Source: an uncultured Coriobacteriia bacterium (GTDB taxonomy: Bacteria; Actinomycetota; Coriobacteriia; Anaerosomatales; JAAXUF01). From it: DNA of 64,000 nucleotides. The notes under the pieces are model-generated. The model worked only from the letters and a program-made list of their open reading frames with translations, was not told the DNA's origin and did no database searches. The translations under genes were made by a program, and so were the position numbers. Where the stretch lies: the NCBI GenBank assembly GCA_963726345.1, contig CAVSCC010000009.1:91619-155618 (forward strand). The letters are read 5' to 3'. Below, piece after piece: positions 60,094 to 64,000 of this stretch; the stretch's first letter is position 1; every line of letters starts with the position of its first letter.

Positions 60094-60115
60094 ATCGTAG
60101 CGTCGGGGACTGACA
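60094..60115 (-). promoter_or_regulatory. RecA-NDp/PafBC-type promoter of yhaM
   Basis: TGTCAG-N10-TACGAT. Confidence 0.68.
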
Positions 60116-60122
60116 CGCTCCG

Positions 60123-60929
60123 CTACGGGAGCGCTCGCACCTTGACGTGCGCTCCGGGCGACACGCCGTACCGGTCGGCGGCACTTCCCTTGTTGACGGC
60201 CAAGGTGAGCCAGCCGGAGGAATCCACGAGCGCGACAGGCTCCCCCTCGGCCACATCCGCGAACGTGCTCGCAAAGGGAACCGCGAGTGTGTTGTGTCCC
60301 ATGCCAATCTCCAGCCGGGGCGAACGCAGTCCGATCTTGTCGATGTCCTCGGCGGGGATGTTGAACCTCAGCGACCCGAATCTGTCCGCCTCGAGGGTCT
60401 CGCCGTTCACGAACCCACCCGCGAGGGAGTAGGTGCCGAAGGGAGCGGGCACCAGCGAGTCGTCCTCGACCCGCGTTCCGAGCGAACTCGGGTCCACCCC
60501 GCAGGCGAGCGCCGCCGCCGCGGGAGCGAGCACGTCGCGCGCGTGAAACGTGGGAAGTGGCACGTCGCGGTCGAGCTTCTCGGCATCGAGGGCGACCGCG
60601 AAGCGAATCCCCCCGGCGCGAGCCGCGGCGGGCAGCAGGACTCCGTTGTCGGGACCGACAAGGCGCGCGCCGTCCTCGGTCACGATGCATAGATCGCGCC
60701 TGCCGCCGCCGACCCCCGGATCTACGACGACGAGGTGGATTGCCTCGGGGAGCTGATAGACGCCGCCCGCGGCCGTTGCGGCACCCTTGCGGATGTCGAA
60801 CGGCGGGATCTGGTGTCCGAGATCCACGACACGCGCGAGCGGACAGGCCCGATAGATGACTGCGTGGCAGACACCGACCCAAGTGTCTTCAAGTCCGAAG
60901 TCGGAGATGAAGCCGATGATTGACGTCAC
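60123..60929 (-). CDS. SAM hydroxide adenosyltransferase (DUF62; chlorinase/fluorinase superfamily)
   Basis: SDFG, VVDPGVGGGRR, GPDNG, TFHARD, DRFG. Confidence 0.9.
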   Translation of the reverse strand: MTSIIGFISDFGLEDTWVGVCHAVIYRACPLARVVDLGHQIPPFDIRKGAATAAGGVYQLPEAIHLVVVDPGVGGGRRDLCIVTEDGARLVGPDNGVLLPAAARAGGIRFAVALDAEKLDRDVPLPTFHARDVLAPAAAALACGVDPSSLGTRVEDDSLVPAPFGTYSLAGGFVNGETLEADRFGSLRFNIPAEDIDKIGLRSPRLEIGMGHNTLAVPFASTFADVAEGEPVALVDSSGWLTLAVNKGSAADRYGVSPGAHVKVRALP

Positions 60930-60993
60930 GTTAGGCTCCTAGGGTGAACACCGGGCGCACGGGCTGCTCGTACTCTACTATGGTAGTACCCGA

Positions 60994-61470
60994 GTGACGG
61001 AGGATTCCTTGTTGGGTCTGAGACTGCCCACGCGTGTGACGAAACTGGCGCTCGTGGTCGCGCTTGGGGCGACGCTCGGCGCTGCGCTCGTCGGCTGTTC
61101 GACGCAAAGCGCGACCTTCGTGGACGGCAGCGCGACCTATGACGATACGTCTGTCATGACGCTCGCGGACAGCGTGGATACCTCCAAGCTCGCAAACACG
61201 CCAAGCAAGGATGCCGTGGCGCTCAGGCACAAGGCCCTGACGAAGCTGCGCTCCAAAGGTGGTAACGCGGTACTCGTCGCGGACATGCTCACGAAGACGT
61301 TCTCCGCCGAGACCCGCAGCGTCCCCGTCTACTTCGAGCGGGCGACATACAAGAACAAGCCAGCCGTGGTGGTTATTGAAGCCGCGGGGCCTGCGGAGGG
61401 CAAGCTGTCGACGAAGCGAGTCTGGGTCCTCGACGAGCAGGGTGGCGTGCTCTTCGTAGGAGCTCGATAG
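60994..61470 (+). CDS. hypothetical lipoprotein
   Basis: Hydrophobic signal followed by LVGC lipobox; start codon uncertain. Confidence 0.75.
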   Translation: MTEDSLLGLRLPTRVTKLALVVALGATLGAALVGCSTQSATFVDGSATYDDTSVMTLADSVDTSKLANTPSKDAVALRHKALTKLRSKGGNAVLVADMLTKTFSAETRSVPVYFERATYKNKPAVVVIEAAGPAEGKLSTKRVWVLDEQGGVLFVGAR

Positions 61471-61494
61471 CCTCTACGCGTGTTGCTGGGGCAC

Positions 61495-61875
61495 TCACCC
61501 GCACAGCTTGAGTCGGTACTCCTCGAGCATGTCGCCGGGCACGGAGTCGCTCCACCCCCTCTGAAGCTGATCCCAGATCGCCTCTCCGTCTCGTCCTGAC
61601 GCACGCAGATCCTCCACGATGGATGCCAGGACGAACCGTGCCGCGCCGCGCGCTGGCTGCCCCCTACGCACTGCATGCCGTCTGACGACCGCCGAGAAGT
61701 ACGCTTGGGCGCGGCGTTCGTCTGACGCGCTCCAGGAGCCAGCGTGACGGCTCAGAGCCCGTGCGGTGGCAACACGTGCCTCCTGTGCCACCTCAGGTGA
61801 GACGTCGCGCCCGATCGCCTGGGTCTCCAGACGACGCAGCGTTGCTTCGAGCATTGACGCGTACCGACCGTGCAT
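61495..61875 (-). CDS. hypothetical protein, predicted DNA-damage inducible
   Basis: 126-aa ORF MHGRYASML...YRLKLCG with a strong AAGGAGGT SD. Confidence 0.75.
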   Translation of the reverse strand: MHGRYASMLEATLRRLETQAIGRDVSPEVAQEARVATARALSRHAGSWSASDERRAQAYFSAVVRRHAVRRGQPARGAARFVLASIVEDLRASGRDGEAIWDQLQRGWSDSVPGDMLEEYRLKLCG

Positions 61876-61888
61876 CGATGACCTCCTT

Positions 61889-61902
61889 CGAACGTGTGTT
61901 CG
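61889..61902. promoter_or_regulatory. LexA SOS box (Gram-positive type)
   Basis: CGAAC-GTGT-GTTCG between the -10 and the SD. Confidence 0.82.
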
Positions 61903-61907
61903 GAGGC

Positions 61908-61929
61908 ATGGTATCGACAGGCTCTGACA
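61908..61929 (-). promoter_or_regulatory. RecA-NDp/PafBC-type promoter
   Basis: TGTCAG-N10-TACCAT. Confidence 0.7.
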
Positions 61930-61949
61930 CGCCCGCGCTTGCGCGTTGA

Positions 61950-62637
61950 CTAGAGGCGGGTCACCAGCGATTCGAGCCAAAGTCGGAGCAGGCCCGCAAG
62001 CCAGATCTCGACAAAGGCCATCGCCATGGCGATCAGGATTGCTGCCCACGCGTCAGTGATGCGGTCGGCTTTGCGCTCGAATGGAGGCGTGAGGCACACC
62101 ATGACGAGGTTGACTGCTGTGAGCGTGGCGACGATCGACACGGCGACCACAAGCGGGTAGGCCACGCCGAGCAGCGGTGCGCCGAAGCGAATCGCAACAA
62201 AGGCGACAGGCACCGTGCTGAGCCAGAGCAAGAAGGCGCCTCGGAGGATCGAGCACGCGTTCGCGGCTTCCCGTCCGCCAGAACTCGTCGTTGAGCATCG
62301 GCGCCAGCACCGCTCCGATAGCGTAGCCGGCCAGAAGCCCGGTGATCAGTCGCAGGTCGTTGGTCGTTGTCCGAAGCCCCGCGTACGAGCTCACTCCATC
62401 CAGACCCATCGCCGCGATCATGAGCGCGATGGCGACCCACCCCGAGGGCGCAGGGAACTCCCGCGGTCTACTCCCGCGATGAACGGCGGAGACGATCATC
62501 AACGAGAGCATGAATCCCAGATAGATGCCGGTGTCACGCGCACATACGGGGACCTGTGTGCCACCACCGAAGAACGAGCGTTCAGGAAGCTGGTGGCAAA
62601 GCCCGAAGCCCATCCAGTGCAGAAACGACTGAATCAC
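61950..62637 (-). CDS. DUF2085-family membrane protein (frameshifted)
   Basis: LCHQLPERSF...PVCARDTGIYLG...NDLRLITG. Confidence 0.8.
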
Positions 62638-62658
62638 GCGTACCGCCTTGATAGCCGA

Positions 62659-62686
62659 ACGGCAGGCCGCGGATGCGGCCTGCCGT
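62659..62686 (-). terminator. hairpin after tRNA-Pro
   Basis: Perfect 12-bp stem acggcaggccgc/gcggcctgccgt. Confidence 0.6.
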
Positions 62687-62698
62687 CAAGTGTCCGGA

Positions 62699-62775
<77 letters not shown>

Positions 62776-62871
62776 GCGAGGCGCTATGCTAGCACTCCCG
62801 GTAACTCAGCGCAAAGAAGCGATTTCCGCAGGCACTGCAACACGATTCGCCAGGCGCCTGGCGCGCCACAC

Positions 62872-62906
62872 AAAGAGGGGCCCGACCTCGTCGGTCGGGT
62901 CCCTCT
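62872..62906 (-). terminator. terminator after the cytochrome gene
   Basis: Stem agaggggcccgacc/ggtcgggtccctct + T tail. Confidence 0.6.
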
Positions 62907-62933
62907 GTCGTATCTACCGTGTCGAACTCGGAA

Positions 62934-64000
62934 CTACTTCAGCAGCCCCCGCTTCGCGAGGTTCACGTGGCAGTTGGAGCAGTAGGTCTCCTGATGGCAC
63001 TCGAAGCAGGCGTTCGCGCCGCTCGCCTTGACCACCGTGGGGTGATACCGCATCCACGGCTTGTCCGGGCACGGAGCCCTTGTGGTGGCACTCGTCGCAG
63101 TAGGCGACCTCATGGCACTTCAGGCAAGACGCCCGGTCACGCGCCTCCGGAAGTGATCAGCTGCAGCGTGCGTCCCGGCGTTGGCCTTGGAGGCGGGCGC
63201 CTTGGGATCCTTCATGCCGTAGCCGGCCGGGTGCGGCATCTCGACCTTGTGGCAGCCCTTGCAGAACGCCGAGTTGGGCAGGGTCGCCGCATCGCCCGCG
63301 TGACAGTACGTGCAGACGGTCGAATCCTTCTCGTACAACGTCGCGTGCGTGCCCACCGCGAGCGCCCGGCGCCTTGACGAAGCCCGGTGCCTTGTGCGAT
63401 GCGGGAACGACCTTCTTCGCCGAGTGGCAGGCCACGCAGTCGGCCTGCTTGTGGCACTTCTCCACGCATCCGCCTGCGCCGCTCTGCGTCACCGAGGTCC
63501 CGTGGACCTTCATCCACGGCGTGGTCGTGGACGACCCCACGTGGTGGCAGTTGCTGCACATCTGCGGCCACGTGTGGCAGTTGAGGCAGACCTTGGGATC
63601 CTGTCGGCCGGTCTTGGCGTGGAACTGCTTGAACTCCTTGGTGTGCGGCATCTCGAGCTTGTGGCACGCCTTGCAGAACGGCGCGTTGATGCCGCCGGTG
63701 CCGTGGCAGACCTCGCACTCCTCGGTGGACTTCTGCGCCGTGACTGAGTGAACAGCGGTCGCCGAGGCGGCCTCGGACCCGTACTTGGTCATGGTCGGAG
63801 TCTGCGGATGCGTCCAGTACGGCTGCTTGTGCGAAGCCGGGAACACCTTGTTGGCGGTGTGGCAGTCGGCGCAGAACTGGGACGTGTGGCACGTGCCCAA
63901 GCACGACTTCAGGCCTGACTTCTCGACAGCCTTGGGGTGCTGCTGGGTCCCACGGCTGAGCCGGATCGTACTCGTAGTCGACCTTCTCGCCGTGGTGGCA
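62934..64000 (-). CDS. multiheme c-type cytochrome (C-terminal part; frameshifted)
   Basis: 14 complete heme motifs (12 CXXCH, 2 CXXXCH) plus one partial at the window edge. Confidence 0.92.

Noticed and set aside
60123-60929. Fluorinase or chlorinase producing organohalogens
   Set aside because: It retains the D-R-H triad of SAM hydroxide adenosyltransferases, and no biosynthetic cluster is nearby.
62907-62917. Additional copy of the 20-nt motif (cgtatctac)
   Set aside because: Only the 3' 9 nt match; it lacks ACG...CCGGG and lies beyond a terminator, far from the tRNA-Pro promoter.

Overview
High-GC bacterial chromosome segment, almost entirely on the minus strand. It most likely comes from an anaerobic Actinomycetota of class Coriobacteriia (OPB41/Anaerosomatales-like); this is inferred from the actinobacterial-type RpoC insertion, a Bacillota-like gene order and a multiheme cytochrome. 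About 38 kb is the core translation/transcription super-cluster: tRNA-Tyr/Thr/Met-tuf-rpmG-tRNA-Trp-secE-nusG-rplKAJL-rpoBC-rpsLG-fusA-S10-spc-alpha-ecfAA'T-truA-rplM-rpsI-glmM. Upstream lie greA-lysS-clpC-radA-disA-yacL-ispDF-cysE-cysS-rlmB-NYN-sigH-tRNA-Thr and an accessory end (rex, tatA, S2P-CBS, MTAP, YhaM-like, DUF62, DUF2085, tRNA-Pro, multiheme cytochrome). Many essential genes carry frameshifts that are best explained as long-read indel errors. The most interesting signals are five. (1) RpoC ends in an extra alpha-CTD-like domain that keeps the DNA-binding residues. (2) An oriented 20-nt motif recurs upstream of four translation-machinery units. (3) PafBC/RecA-NDp-type DNA-damage promoters occur here, one paired with a perfect LexA box on an uncharacterised gene. 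(4) A membrane class III cyclase + stand-alone cNMP-binding protein + nuclease-fold module sits inside the tRNA-Thr/Tyr cluster. (5) A cytochrome with at least 14 heme motifs is built from hexaheme repeats containing CX3CH motifs.
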